From positions 1-17,329 of the forward strand of contig JBBQYG010000077.1 in the NCBI GenBank assembly GCA_038208905.1: a stretch of 17,329 nt of DNA. The letters are read 5' to 3'. This document shows, one piece after another, positions 7,993 through 17,241 of this stretch (position 1 is its first letter; every line of letters starts with the position of its first letter). The notes below the pieces were generated by a model. The model was not told where the DNA came from. It ran no database searches and was given only the letters and a program-made list of their open reading frames with translations. This stretch comes from Candidatus Sumerlaeia bacterium. Lineage in GTDB: Bacteria; Sumerlaeota; Sumerlaeia; SLMS01. A program made the translations under genes and the position numbers.

Positions 7993-8961
7993 ATGATTCG
8001 ATGCTCCCTGATTGTCCGCATGGCGATATGCGCCGGTATGTTGCCCGTAGGCTTGTCGGTGGCGTTGGCGGAGAAGCAGACGCTGCGGTATGCTTTCAAG
8101 AAGGACGCCTCGGCGAGTCTGGTGATGGCGACGGTGGGTGAGAGCACGTTGTCGGTGATGGGGAAGTCCACCACAGTTCCCCAGGCGATCACCTATCACG
8201 CGACGGTGAAGGTGGCGGAGGTGGATGCGGAGGGGAACGGCACGGTGTCGGTGGTGTATGACCGCGTGTTGGTGAACTTCGAGTCGCCGGTGGTGGCGAC
8301 GAAGTTCGATTCCGCCGCGCCGCCGGAGGAGAATACGCCGCTGACCCAGGCGTTTGCCGGGCTGGTGGGCAAGGAAGTCCGCCTTGTGCTGACCCCGCGG
8401 GGAGAGATTCGCCGCGTGGAGGGCATGAAGGAACTGGCCGATGGCCTATTCGATCCCTCCGGATACTCCAGCGACCAGGCGAGCCGGGCGGCGAAGGACT
8501 TTGTGGACAGGGCGCTGAACGAGGACACGTTGCGCGACATGATGGGTCTCTATGCGGCGATCCTGCCCGCGGAGCCGGTCGAGGTGGGCGACACGTGGAA
8601 GAGCACCGTGACCACCACGAAGGGAATGCCCTTTGTGGCCGATAGCGTCTATACGCTGAAGGAGGTGACCGCCGATGCGGTGACCATCGGTGGCACGTCG
8701 ATCGTCAGGACCAACGAATCCGCCGAGCCGATCGAGTTCGGCGGGACGACGCTGACTTACAAGGCCGACGGCAATCAGGAGTTCACCGCCACGATCCCCC
8801 TTTCGCTCGGCGTGCCCACCAAGGCGAGCCAGAGCCAGGATATCAGCGGAGAGATGGCCATGAAGGTTCCGACCGAGCCCCCCGCCGTGCCCCAGACGTT
8901 CAACATTCCGGTGCGCTTGAAGTCGAAGACGGAGATTGTGGCGAGGGGGAATGTTGAATAG
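7993..8961 (+). CDS. secreted hypothetical protein, DUF6263-like
   Basis: AGGAG RBS (7979-7983); signal peptide ending ALA; beta-rich sequence with TLRYAFKK, KFDSA...AFAGLVGK...LTPRGEI and LPAEPVEVGDTW patterns recalled from DUF6263 proteins; host-like codon usage. Confidence 0.75.
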   Translation: MIRCSLIVRMAICAGMLPVGLSVALAEKQTLRYAFKKDASASLVMATVGESTLSVMGKSTTVPQAITYHATVKVAEVDAEGNGTVSVVYDRVLVNFESPVVATKFDSAAPPEENTPLTQAFAGLVGKEVRLVLTPRGEIRRVEGMKELADGLFDPSGYSSDQASRAAKDFVDRALNEDTLRDMMGLYAAILPAEPVEVGDTWKSTVTTTKGMPFVADSVYTLKEVTADAVTIGGTSIVRTNESAEPIEFGGTTLTYKADGNQEFTATIPLSLGVPTKASQSQDISGEMAMKVPTEPPAVPQTFNIPVRLKSKTEIVARGNVE

Positions 8962-9073
8962 GGAATGGCGAATGGGGAACGGGGAAAATTGGAGCAGTGT
9001 ATAGACACAGAATGGGCGGGAACCCGTTGGCTGCGGTTCCCGCCCATTCCCTATTCCCGGTTCCCCATTCCCT
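8948..9073. repeat. inverted heptamer (GGAATGG-type) repeat arrays around a 15-bp hairpin; probable bidirectional terminator
   Basis: Left units ggaatgt/tgaatag/ggaatgg/cgaatgg/ggaacgg; right inverted units cccattc/cctattc/ccggttc/cccattc. Perfect stem GAATGGGCGGGAACC (9010-9024) / GGTTCCCGCCCATTC (9035-9049). Lies between convergent genes. Confidence 0.8.
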
Positions 9074-9077
9074 GTCG

Positions 9078-10475
9078 TCAGATGTGAATCGCCAGGCCGT
9101 CGGCGGCGCCGGCGGCTTCCATGATGGCTTCGCTGAGGGTGGGGTGGGCGTGGACGCAGTCGTGGATGTCCTCGAGGGTGGCTTCCATGCTTTTGGCGAG
9201 GGTGAGCTCGGCGATCATCTCGGTGGCTTCGGCGCCGACGATGTGGGCGCCAAGGATTTCGCCGTACTTCTTGCCGAAGATGATCTTCACCATGCCTTCC
9301 GCCTCGGCGGCGGCAACGGCCTTGCCGCTGGCGTTGAAGGGGAACTTGCCCACCTTGTAGTCCAGCTTCTGTTCCTTGCACTTTTCCTCGGTCAGGCCCA
9401 CGCTGGCGACCTGGGGCTGGCAGTAGGTGCAGCCGGGGATGTTGCTATAGTCGATGGGCCGCGTGTGGACGCCGGCGATGCCGTCGATGCAGTGGATCGC
9501 CTCGGCGGAGGCAACGTGCGCGAGCCACGGTGGCCCGATCACGTCGCCGATGGCATAGATGCCGGCCACGTTGGTCTTGAACGCCACCTTGTCCACCTTG
9601 ATGTGGCTCTTCTCCACGGTGACGCCGACCGCCTCCAGCCCGATGTCCTCCACGTTGCCGGTGACGCCAACGGCCATCAGGGTCTTTTCGGCCTCCAGGG
9701 TGACGGGCTTGCCGTCCTTCTCATAGGTGACCTTGGTTCCCTTGGCGGTCTTCTCCACCTTCTTGACGGCGGCGCCGGTGACGACATCGATGCCCTTCTT
9801 CTTGAAGGACGCGGTGACGACCTTGCTCATCTCGCGGTCTTCGACGGGGAGGATCGTGTCGAGGTATTCGATGATGGTGACCTTGGTGCCGAGCATGGCG
9901 TAGAAGTAGGCGAACTCCGACCCGATGGCGCCGGCGCCGACGATGGCGAGGGTCTTGGGAAGGTTGGCGAGTGACATGGCCTCGCGGCTGGTGATGATCT
10001 TGTCGCCGTCGAGTTCGACGCCGGGAAGGCTGCGCGCGCGCCCGCCGGTGGCGATGACGATGCTCTTGGCCTCGACGATTTCCTTGGTGCCGTCCTTCTT
10101 GGTGACCTCGATCTTCTTGTCCTTGGTCAGCTTGGCGAAGCCTTGAAGGGAGGTGATCTTGTTCTTCTTCATCAGGAAGTCGATGCCCGATGCCATGCGG
10201 TCGGCCACGTCGCGGCTGCGCTTGATGATGGAGGCAAAGTCGAACTGGGGATTCTCGACCTTGATGCCCCATTCGGCGCCGTGCTGGATCTTCTCGAAGA
10301 TCTCGGCGTTCTTGAGGAGGGCCTTGGTGGGGATGCAGCCCCAATTGAGACAGATGCCGCCAAGGCGGTCGCGCTCGATCACGATGGTCTTGAGCTTGAG
10401 CTGTGTGGCACGGATGGCCGCGACGTATCCGCCGGGGCCTCCGCCGATTACGGCGACATCGTAGGATTCAGCCAT
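9078..10475 (-). CDS. lpdA: dihydrolipoamide dehydrogenase (E3)
   Basis: FAD-binding GGGPGGYVAAIRA, redox disulfide GGICLNWGCIPTKAL, NAD-binding GAGAIGSEFA, C-terminal HAHPTLSEA; GGAGA RBS upstream. Confidence 0.97.
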   Translation of the reverse strand: MAESYDVAVIGGGPGGYVAAIRATQLKLKTIVIERDRLGGICLNWGCIPTKALLKNAEIFEKIQHGAEWGIKVENPQFDFASIIKRSRDVADRMASGIDFLMKKNKITSLQGFAKLTKDKKIEVTKKDGTKEIVEAKSIVIATGGRARSLPGVELDGDKIITSREAMSLANLPKTLAIVGAGAIGSEFAYFYAMLGTKVTIIEYLDTILPVEDREMSKVVTASFKKKGIDVVTGAAVKKVEKTAKGTKVTYEKDGKPVTLEAEKTLMAVGVTGNVEDIGLEAVGVTVEKSHIKVDKVAFKTNVAGIYAIGDVIGPPWLAHVASAEAIHCIDGIAGVHTRPIDYSNIPGCTYCQPQVASVGLTEEKCKEQKLDYKVGKFPFNASGKAVAAAEAEGMVKIIFGKKYGEILGAHIVGAEATEMIAELTLAKSMEATLEDIHDCVHAHPTLSEAIMEAAGAADGLAIHI

Positions 10476-10585
10476 CGTTGGTCGTTTCTCCGGGTGGGTT
10501 CCGCGCGGCGGGACGGCAACGCGCGGGGCATGGAGAACGGTCCCCGGGCATCCCGTGGGGGGTCAAGCCGGACGCGAGGCTGGGG

Positions 10586-10615
10586 GGCACCCGGGGCCTC
10601 GGGGCCCCGGGTGCC
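10586..10615 (-). terminator. 13-bp GC hairpin just downstream of the malectin-domain gene
   Basis: GGCACCCGGGGCC-TCGG-GGCCCCGGGTGCC is a perfect stem about 10 nt after the stop at 10625. There is no U-tract, so terminator function is uncertain. Confidence 0.55.
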
Positions 10616-10624
10616 TTGCCAAGC

Positions 10625-13600
10625 TCAGCGATCCGCCACGTAGCGGAAGCCTTCGCGAAGGAAGATGGTGACGCCATCAACCGTCACGGCCACATCCAGC
10701 ATCGAGTTCGGTGGATTCTGGCGCGCGGGCACGATGCCGCGTATACGCGTGGGGGAGACGCTGGTGAGCGGGGCCGCGACGCCGCCGATGGTGACGGTCA
10801 CGTTGGCCAGATTGCCGCCAAAGTTCACGCCGCCGATCACGAAGGGATCGCCGCCCGAAGCCCGCGTGCGCCAGGGATAGATGTCATACACCGTCAGGCC
10901 CTGCACCCCGGCGTCGTCGGGGAAATAGATCTTCAGCTTGTTGTTGTTGTAGTCCGCCGCGATCACTGTGCCGCCGGGGCCGGTGATCAGGTCCAGTGCC
11001 TTGACCTCCACGGGGAACTGGATCTGGTTCGTGGCCACGCGTCCATCGGCGGAGAGCTTGATGCGGACGAGTTCGGAGTTATACACCTGCGCCAGCAGAT
11101 TGCCACGCATCGCCCCGCGGAAGGTATTGGCGCGGTACTCTTCCAGGCCGTTGGTCGAGTAGGAGAAGGTGGACAGGGGCGCGGTGTAGTCGCTGGTGGA
11201 GTTCAAGGAGCTGCCGGGATGGTAGATGTTCTGGCGGAAGTCGTACCGCCCGCGGTTGCGGTTGGCCGCGCCATAGTACTTGCCGCCTTCGAGCAGCTCC
11301 AGCTCGTCGGGGGCGTCGGGCGCGCCGGACTGGGAATTGGGCCCGGTCGAGGATGCGCCGAATCCCGGATCGCCACCGTTATCCAAGGCGTAGAGCAGGC
11401 CCTTGGTTGACCACAGGATGTCGAACGCATTCCTCAGGCCCGCCGCATAGACAAACACATCCACTCCGGCGATCGGATCAACGAACTTTCCGAACGACTG
11501 GTCGTCGCTGAGGGCGCCGCTTCCAAACTGATACTGGATGGCTCCGTTGAACCCCGGCTTGCGGACGTCGGCCACGATGACGGCGGCGCTGAAGGGCGAT
11601 TCGTCGAGGCCACCAAGTGCGCAGTCGGGCACGCCCGCGTTGGTGTTGCCGCCGATGGCGGCGTAGAGCACGCCCAGGTTATCGAACTCGATGTGGTTCA
11701 CCGCGTGGTCGTGGTTGGAAGCAGGCAACTGGGTGATGATGGGAATCGCCGTGGAGAAATTGGGACCCTCCAGTACGGAAATCTGGCCGGAATAGGGAGA
11801 GAAGCCCGTGAAGCACGATCCGCCATTGGCGTAGAGCTGGCTATGCCCAACGTAGATACGGACAGGATTGGAAGGCTCGGAAGGATTGAACCCGATGCCC
11901 AGAATGTTATTGTTGTAGAGCCCGGCGATCGTTGCGATCGTCTGGGTGCTCGTTATCTCGTAGTTGTCGCCGATGGTGCTGGCATAGATCGTCCCGTTCA
12001 GCGTCGCGAAATACAGGCGCCCGTCGGGCCCCCATGTGATGCGCGTTACGCTGGGAAGGTCGAACCAGTCGCCGCCGACGAACTTCACCGGAACGGGCGC
12101 GGATTCGGTGTAGTTGTAGCGGACGGCGTTGCTGTCTCCGTTGGGGGTGCGGATGACGACGGTGACAAGGCCGACGCCGCCCGGGGCAAAGAAGGTGATC
12201 TTCTCCGGCGTGATGTTCATGAACTGGCGGCCGATGGCGAAGTTGCCCCAGCGCACCTCGACGGATTCGCTCGGAAGAAAACCAAGTCCGGCGATCTCGA
12301 CGAACTCGCCGCCGACAGGCTTTCCCTCCAGTGGAGAGATGCTGTTGATCACCGGCGGAAGGCCGATCTCGCTGTGGAAAACGAGCGAGCCGGGGATCTC
12401 CGCGAGGGTCTGGCCCGCGGAGCCATAGCGAACGAAGATGGGCATCTGGCCGACGTCGTTGAGTGAGAAGCGCGCCTCGATGCTGTGCTCCCCGGAGTTG
12501 AGGAAAACGGCGCCCTCGTGGGGCGCGCCATTGACGAGGAGGCGGCGGTCGGACCCGCCGACTGCCTCGAAGTTGTAGGTTCCAGGCGCGGATATCTGGA
12601 TTCGCCCGCCCAGAATCACCATGATGTCGCCGGTGTAGTTGGAGGCTCCGACTTTTCCGCCGTTCTCGCCCACGCGGAAAGTGCCAGTGCGCTCGACGAA
12701 GTCGGCCCTGGGCGGAACGGAGTCCAGCATGAACTCTGGCGCGGCGGTGCGATTCTGGTAGTAGAAGGCGATGGCGCCGGGGATGTCTCCGCCAGAGAAG
12801 ACACGGAACGAGGCATCGTCCGAGAGCCTCCGCGGCGGGTTGTTGTTGTCGATAATCGTCAGGGTGACGGTGTGGTCGCCGACGGGGAAGTTAGCCGTGG
12901 GATTTACCTCGGTGGAGAACACGCTGCCGCCATTGTCGCGCCACTCATAGCCGACAAGCTGCTTGCCGATCTCGTGGGTGTGGGACTTATCGCCCGCGAG
13001 CGCGACCGACTCGAATCCGTTGCCATCAAAGTCCACCACAAAGGCCGGGTTCTCGATGACCACGTGCAGGAATCCGTCGCTGCCGTGGCCCTCGCCGCCG
13101 ACAACGCCCGACAGCAGGACCCGCGCGCCGCTGAAGTTCTCGCCGGCGAAGTCCAGCGCGACGAGGTTCTGGGACTCCTCCGTCGGCATGAAAGTCAGGG
13201 GGACCAGCTTGTTGTCACCGGGCTGAAGGGTCACGTCCACTGGATAGACGCGGTCGGTGCGGTCGCCGGCATAGGTCTGGCCGTCGAAAATCGCAGTGAA
13301 ATCCAATGCCTGCCCCGTCTGGGGGCGGAAGGCCATCGATGTGATGCGGATGGGGCTGTCGCCGGTGTTGCTCAATGTAACGCTGAGCGTGTCGCCGATT
13401 TCGCCGGCGTTGAGAATCGGCCAGGAAAGGGCGTCGGGGAACGGAGTCAGCTCTCCGGTGAAGAGGCGGAGTATCTCGAAGGCGGAGAGCTTGGGATCGC
13501 CGGTCTTTTCGAAAAGGCGGATGTCCAGGGAGCCGTCGGTGACCCGGACCCTGTGCTCGATGACGTTCGCGGTGAACTTGGGGACGCGGCCAAGGATGTC

Positions 13601-14674
13601 GTAGTCAACCAGCACCGCGTCGTTCTCGACGGCGACGTGGAACAGGCGCTCGCCGGCCGCGTTGGCAAAAAGCTCGGCAAAGTGCAGACGCACGATGTAC
13701 TCGCCCGAGGGAGCGGGGGAGTAGCTGTAGATGAGCGGGGCGGAACCGGGAGGAACGTAGCGTTCCGTCTGATAGATCGGATCGAGGATCGTCCCCGAGA
13801 TCGCCGCGGCGCTGGAGTTGATCGCGCCCGGCAGCGAGAACGCTGCGTCGCCCGTCCAGAAGCGGCCAAAGGGATCGGTGTAGTCGGCGCCGCCCACGTT
13901 CACGCGGGAAACCACCGGCAGACCGGCGTCGATCTCGTCGATGCGGATGACCTCGATGGCGGCAACCTTGGCGTTGCTGACGATGCCGACCAGCTTCACC
14001 GTCAGCTCGCCGTCATACACCATCGCCGTGCCGCCCAGGATGATCGACTTGTTGGCGCCGCCGGCCCATGCGACCAGGTCCACATTCTGGAAGGCGCGGA
14101 TGTCCTCGAGATAGACGTCGAAAACGCGGGCACCTGGCGCCGTTTGGAAAATCTCCGCCTGGTAGATTCGCACGGCATAGCAGCCCGGCGCCGCGGCGAA
14201 GCGGTACTCGATCGTGTTGCTGGCAGTGGTCGAGGCGCGCTCGGTTTGGTAGAGGGGCGCCTCATAGGTGTTGGCGATTCCGGCGGAGGTGGAGAAGGTG
14301 GTGCCACCGGTGAAGAAGTTCCCGCTGTCGGCTGCCCACACATTCCCCCACGGGTCGGTGTATTGCCCGCCACCCGCGTTGACGCGATAGAGAGTCAGGC
14401 CACGCGCTACATGGGTGGCGTCGGCCATGTCGATGCGGCCGTCGCGATTATAGTCCATGTCGTTGGTGAAGAAGTGGTTCCCCTGCAGGAAGTTCTTCAC
14501 CCAGTGCGAGGGGTTGGAGGGTGCGAAGTCATAGGTGTATGGCGAGGTGCCCTGAATTTGGGCCGGGGCTGTGCCGACGCCGGGGTGACTTGCAAATGAC
14601 TGTCTTGTTCCGGTGCCCACCAGCAGTGCAATGCATGCCAGCAATACCAGAATCTTCGCGATGGGGGCCGTCAT
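10625..14674 (-). CDS. large secreted protein: dockerin-like EF loop, 2x malectin, Ig-like/PKD/PA14-like modules, IPT/TIG, glucose/sorbosone dehydrogenase-like beta-propeller, IPT/TIG
   Basis: Signal peptide ending SFA. Two malectin repeats (YRVNAGGGQYTD...LYQTER...YAVRIYQAEI...RVFDV; RVNVGGADYTD...IYQTERY...VRLHFAE...RLFHV). TLSNTGDSPIRIT Ig-like segment; PKD-like YEWRD...VGDHTVTLTIID; TIG-like PVINSISPLEG...GGEFVEIAGLGF. Propeller motifs WGPDGRLY, IEFDNLGVLY, YAAGLRNAFDI, LYALDNG, DELELL, YYGAAN. Confidence 0.85.
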   Translation of the reverse strand: MTAPIAKILVLLACIALLVGTGTRQSFASHPGVGTAPAQIQGTSPYTYDFAPSNPSHWVKNFLQGNHFFTNDMDYNRDGRIDMADATHVARGLTLYRVNAGGGQYTDPWGNVWAADSGNFFTGGTTFSTSAGIANTYEAPLYQTERASTTASNTIEYRFAAAPGCYAVRIYQAEIFQTAPGARVFDVYLEDIRAFQNVDLVAWAGGANKSIILGGTAMVYDGELTVKLVGIVSNAKVAAIEVIRIDEIDAGLPVVSRVNVGGADYTDPFGRFWTGDAAFSLPGAINSSAAAISGTILDPIYQTERYVPPGSAPLIYSYSPAPSGEYIVRLHFAELFANAAGERLFHVAVENDAVLVDYDILGRVPKFTANVIEHRVRVTDGSLDIRLFEKTGDPKLSAFEILRLFTGELTPFPDALSWPILNAGEIGDTLSVTLSNTGDSPIRITSMAFRPQTGQALDFTAIFDGQTYAGDRTDRVYPVDVTLQPGDNKLVPLTFMPTEESQNLVALDFAGENFSGARVLLSGVVGGEGHGSDGFLHVVIENPAFVVDFDGNGFESVALAGDKSHTHEIGKQLVGYEWRDNGGSVFSTEVNPTANFPVGDHTVTLTIIDNNNPPRRLSDDASFRVFSGGDIPGAIAFYYQNRTAAPEFMLDSVPPRADFVERTGTFRVGENGGKVGASNYTGDIMVILGGRIQISAPGTYNFEAVGGSDRRLLVNGAPHEGAVFLNSGEHSIEARFSLNDVGQMPIFVRYGSAGQTLAEIPGSLVFHSEIGLPPVINSISPLEGKPVGGEFVEIAGLGFLPSESVEVRWGNFAIGRQFMNITPEKITFFAPGGVGLVTVVIRTPNGDSNAVRYNYTESAPVPVKFVGGDWFDLPSVTRITWGPDGRLYFATLNGTIYASTIGDNYEITSTQTIATIAGLYNNNILGIGFNPSEPSNPVRIYVGHSQLYANGGSCFTGFSPYSGQISVLEGPNFSTAIPIITQLPASNHDHAVNHIEFDNLGVLYAAIGGNTNAGVPDCALGGLDESPFSAAVIVADVRKPGFNGAIQYQFGSGALSDDQSFGKFVDPIAGVDVFVYAAGLRNAFDILWSTKGLLYALDNGGDPGFGASSTGPNSQSGAPDAPDELELLEGGKYYGAANRNRGRYDFRQNIYHPGSSLNSTSDYTAPLSTFSYSTNGLEEYRANTFRGAMRGNLLAQVYNSELVRIKLSADGRVATNQIQFPVEVKALDLITGPGGTVIAADYNNNKLKIYFPDDAGVQGLTVYDIYPWRTRASGGDPFVIGGVNFGGNLANVTVTIGGVAAPLTSVSPTRIRGIVPARQNPPNSMLDVAVTVDGVTIFLREGFRYVADR

Positions 14675-14959
14675 GAATGAAGGGTATCCTTGGGGGCGCG
14701 GTGGAAAGGCTCAACATTGAACTGGGGAGATATTCCAATCCGATGCCGGTCGAGTTCAAGGCAATTTGGGCATTCTGGAGGTGCGCGAGGCACTGGATGC
14801 GATAGTCAGGGAGGGGTTACTGACTAACCTTCCATTGCTCGGGCCCGTATCCGAGTTGCACCCCACTCCCTCTTGCGGTCCCGCCGTTGGCACGAAAGTC
14901 TCTCCTCCGCTGGGCGGGGCTGGCCGTTGGCGGCCGCAAATGACAGGCGGGGTTGCTTG

Positions 14960-16894
14960 ATGCCAAAAGTTGTCGGAATCGATTTGGGGACCACCAACAG
15001 CCTTGTGGCGGCGGTGATCGAGGGCGTGCCGCGAATCCTGCGCGATGGGGAGGGGCATGGGATGGTCCCCTCGGTGGTGAGCGTGGACGACCGCAAGCGC
15101 GTCGTGGTCGGCCGCGCCGCGCGGGACAACGCCGCAAATCGGCCGGCGGAGACCGTGTATAGCGTGAAGCGCCTGATGGGCCGCGCCATCGAGGACGTGG
15201 CCGACTTGCTGACGCGGCTTCCCTATCAGGTGATGGGCGAGCCGGGCGAGGCCATGCGCGTGAAGCTGGGTTACCAGTGGATGACGCCGCCCCAAATTTC
15301 GGCGGAGATCCTCCGCACGCTGAAGCTGCAAGCGGAGGACGCCCTCGGCGTCGTGGTCGAGCAGGCGGTGGTGACGGTCCCCGCCTACTTTAACGATGGG
15401 CAGCGCCAGGCGACCAAGGACGCGGGAAAGCTGGCGGGGCTCGACGTGCTGCGCATTGTCAACGAGCCGACGGCGGCGTGCCTCGCCTATGGATTGCAGG
15501 AGAAGCAGGAAGGGACCTTTGCGGTGTACGACCTCGGCGGCGGTACTTTCGACATTTCGATCCTCCGGGTCGAGGGCGGGGTGTTCGAGGTGCTGGCGAC
15601 GAACGGCGACACGGAACTGGGCGGGGACGACATCGACCGCCTGATCGGCGAGAAGTTTCTGACGGAGGCGGAGGCCACGCGCGGCCCGTTGCCGCGCAGC
15701 GCGGAGCTGCTGGGGACGCTGCGCCACGTGTCGGAGCAGGCCAAGATCGCGCTGTCGTCGGAGCACGAAACCTTCGTGCAGCTTCATGGCTGCGAGGAGC
15801 TGCTTGTGGAGCGCAAGGTGACGCGCGCGGAGCTGGAGCGGTGGATCCGCCCCCTGATCGCGCGGACGCTGGAGCCGTGCCGCAAGGCGCTGGAGGACGC
15901 GGACTTGTTGCCGGAGGAAATCGACGAAGTGGTGATGGTCGGCGGCTCCACGCGCATCCCGCTGGTGCGCCGCATGGTGGGGGAGTATTTCGAATGCACC
16001 CCCCACACGGAGCTGAATCCCGACGAGGTCGTGGCCCTCGGCGCAGCGATCCAGGCGGATATCCTTTCCGGAAATAGGCGCGACCTGCTGCTGCTGGACG
16101 TGACGCCGCTGAGCCTGGGGATCGAGACCTATGGCGGCGCGTTCTCCCGCATGATCGCGCGCAACACCACGGTGCCGTGCAGCGTGACGGAGCTCTACAC
16201 GACCTTTGTCGATAACCAGACCCACGTGGATATACAGGTCTTTCAGGGCGAGCACGAAATCGCCTCGCACAACCGCCCGCTGGCGCGGCTGAAGCTGGGG
16301 CCGATCATGCCGATGCCCGCGGGATTCGCGCGCGTGGAGGTGACTTTCGCGCTGGACGCCGACGGCATCCTGCGCGTGTCGGCGCTGGACCAGCGCACGG
16401 GCGCCCAGCAGGACATCGCGGTGAAGCCGGCCTATGGCCTGACGGAGACGGAGCTGGAGGCGATGCTGAAGTCGAGCGCCGATTCCTCCTCTGCCGAGAA
16501 GGAGCAGCGGCTCTTCATCGAGGAGCGCAACCACGCGGAGATGACCCTGCGTGCGACGGAGAAGGCGCTGGCCGAAGCGGGGGACCTGATCGACGAGGTG
16601 GACCTGATCGTGATCGAGGAGCAGGTGGCGCGCGTCCGCAAGGCGGTCGCGGGGACGGACTACCGGGAGCTGCGCTCGGCGCGGGAGACGCTGGACGGCG
16701 CGGCGCGCCCGCTGGCCGCGGCGGCGATGAACGCGGCATTCGCGCGGGGGCTGAAGGGCCGCAAGGCGTCGGAGGTGATGGGCGCCGCGTCGCAGGATTC
16801 GCTGACTCCCCAGATCGTGAATCCTTCGCATCAGAAGGCGGCGCCGGTGTCGATCCAGTTGGGGGCGGTGGGGCGGGTGGAAAAGGAACGGTGA
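14960..16894 (+). CDS. hscA: Hsp70-family chaperone, HscA-like
   Basis: [72 protein letters not shown]. HscA-type features: [27 protein letters not shown] and VKPAYGLT...ML. ATG at 14960. The Hsp70 call is certain; the subfamily is less so. Confidence 0.78.
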   Translation: MPKVVGIDLGTTNSLVAAVIEGVPRILRDGEGHGMVPSVVSVDDRKRVVVGRAARDNAANRPAETVYSVKRLMGRAIEDVADLLTRLPYQVMGEPGEAMRVKLGYQWMTPPQISAEILRTLKLQAEDALGVVVEQAVVTVPAYFNDGQRQATKDAGKLAGLDVLRIVNEPTAACLAYGLQEKQEGTFAVYDLGGGTFDISILRVEGGVFEVLATNGDTELGGDDIDRLIGEKFLTEAEATRGPLPRSAELLGTLRHVSEQAKIALSSEHETFVQLHGCEELLVERKVTRAELERWIRPLIARTLEPCRKALEDADLLPEEIDEVVMVGGSTRIPLVRRMVGEYFECTPHTELNPDEVVALGAAIQADILSGNRRDLLLLDVTPLSLGIETYGGAFSRMIARNTTVPCSVTELYTTFVDNQTHVDIQVFQGEHEIASHNRPLARLKLGPIMPMPAGFARVEVTFALDADGILRVSALDQRTGAQQDIAVKPAYGLTETELEAMLKSSADSSSAEKEQRLFIEERNHAEMTLRATEKALAEAGDLIDEVDLIVIEEQVARVRKAVAGTDYRELRSARETLDGAARPLAAAAMNAAFARGLKGRKASEVMGAASQDSLTPQIVNPSHQKAAPVSIQLGAVGRVEKER

Positions 16895-17013
16895 CACGAT
16901 GGCAGGATGTGGCTGCCAATTGGGGCAATCCTCCGCCATTCGGCTTGGCAAGCCAGCACCATTTGGGTTGAATCCTGCCGATGGGTACTTTCGGGCGGCG
17001 AGGCGTGCATCCC

Positions 17014-17241
17014 ATGAAAACAAGCATCAAGGCAGTCTACCGCGGCGGCGTCTTCCAGCCGACCGAGCCGGTGGATATGCCGGATGACCAAGCCGTGGTT
17101 CTGGAAGCAACTTGGAACCGTTCCCCCGAATCGTCCTCCCTTTTGGGAGCCGACTTGGAGGAGTTCATCGGAACGATCGGCCCGTGGCCCGAGGATCCGG
17201 TCGCGTGGCAGCGCGAACTCCGCGATGACCGCTTGGAATGA
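17014..17241 (+). CDS. antitoxin, DUF104/AF2212-like
   Basis: MKTSIKAVYRGGVFQPTEPVDMPD matches the AF2212-like N-terminus (I.AVYE.GVF.P..PV.LP); C-terminal DPVAWQRELRDD; GAGG RBS; the stop overlaps the downstream PIN gene (ATGA). Confidence 0.8.
   Translation: MKTSIKAVYRGGVFQPTEPVDMPDDQAVVLEATWNRSPESSSLLGADLEEFIGTIGPWPEDPVAWQRELRDDRLE

Noticed and set aside
8948..9073. Possible CRISPR array
   Set aside because: Units are 7 nt, tandem and inverted, with no spacers and no cas genes.
10403..14599. Plus-strand ORFs opposite the malectin gene (335, 257 and 704 aa)
   Set aside because: Composition typical of antisense frames in GC-rich genes; the minus-strand frame carries all recognisable domains.
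14888..14905. TTGGCACG as a sigma54 -24 box upstream of hscA
   Set aside because: The -12 position reads TCTC rather than TTGC.
14756..17023. 755-aa antisense ORF over the Hsp70 gene
   Set aside because: Well-known shadow ORF opposite dnaK-family genes (often misannotated as NAD-specific glutamate dehydrogenase); explained by high GC and codon bias.
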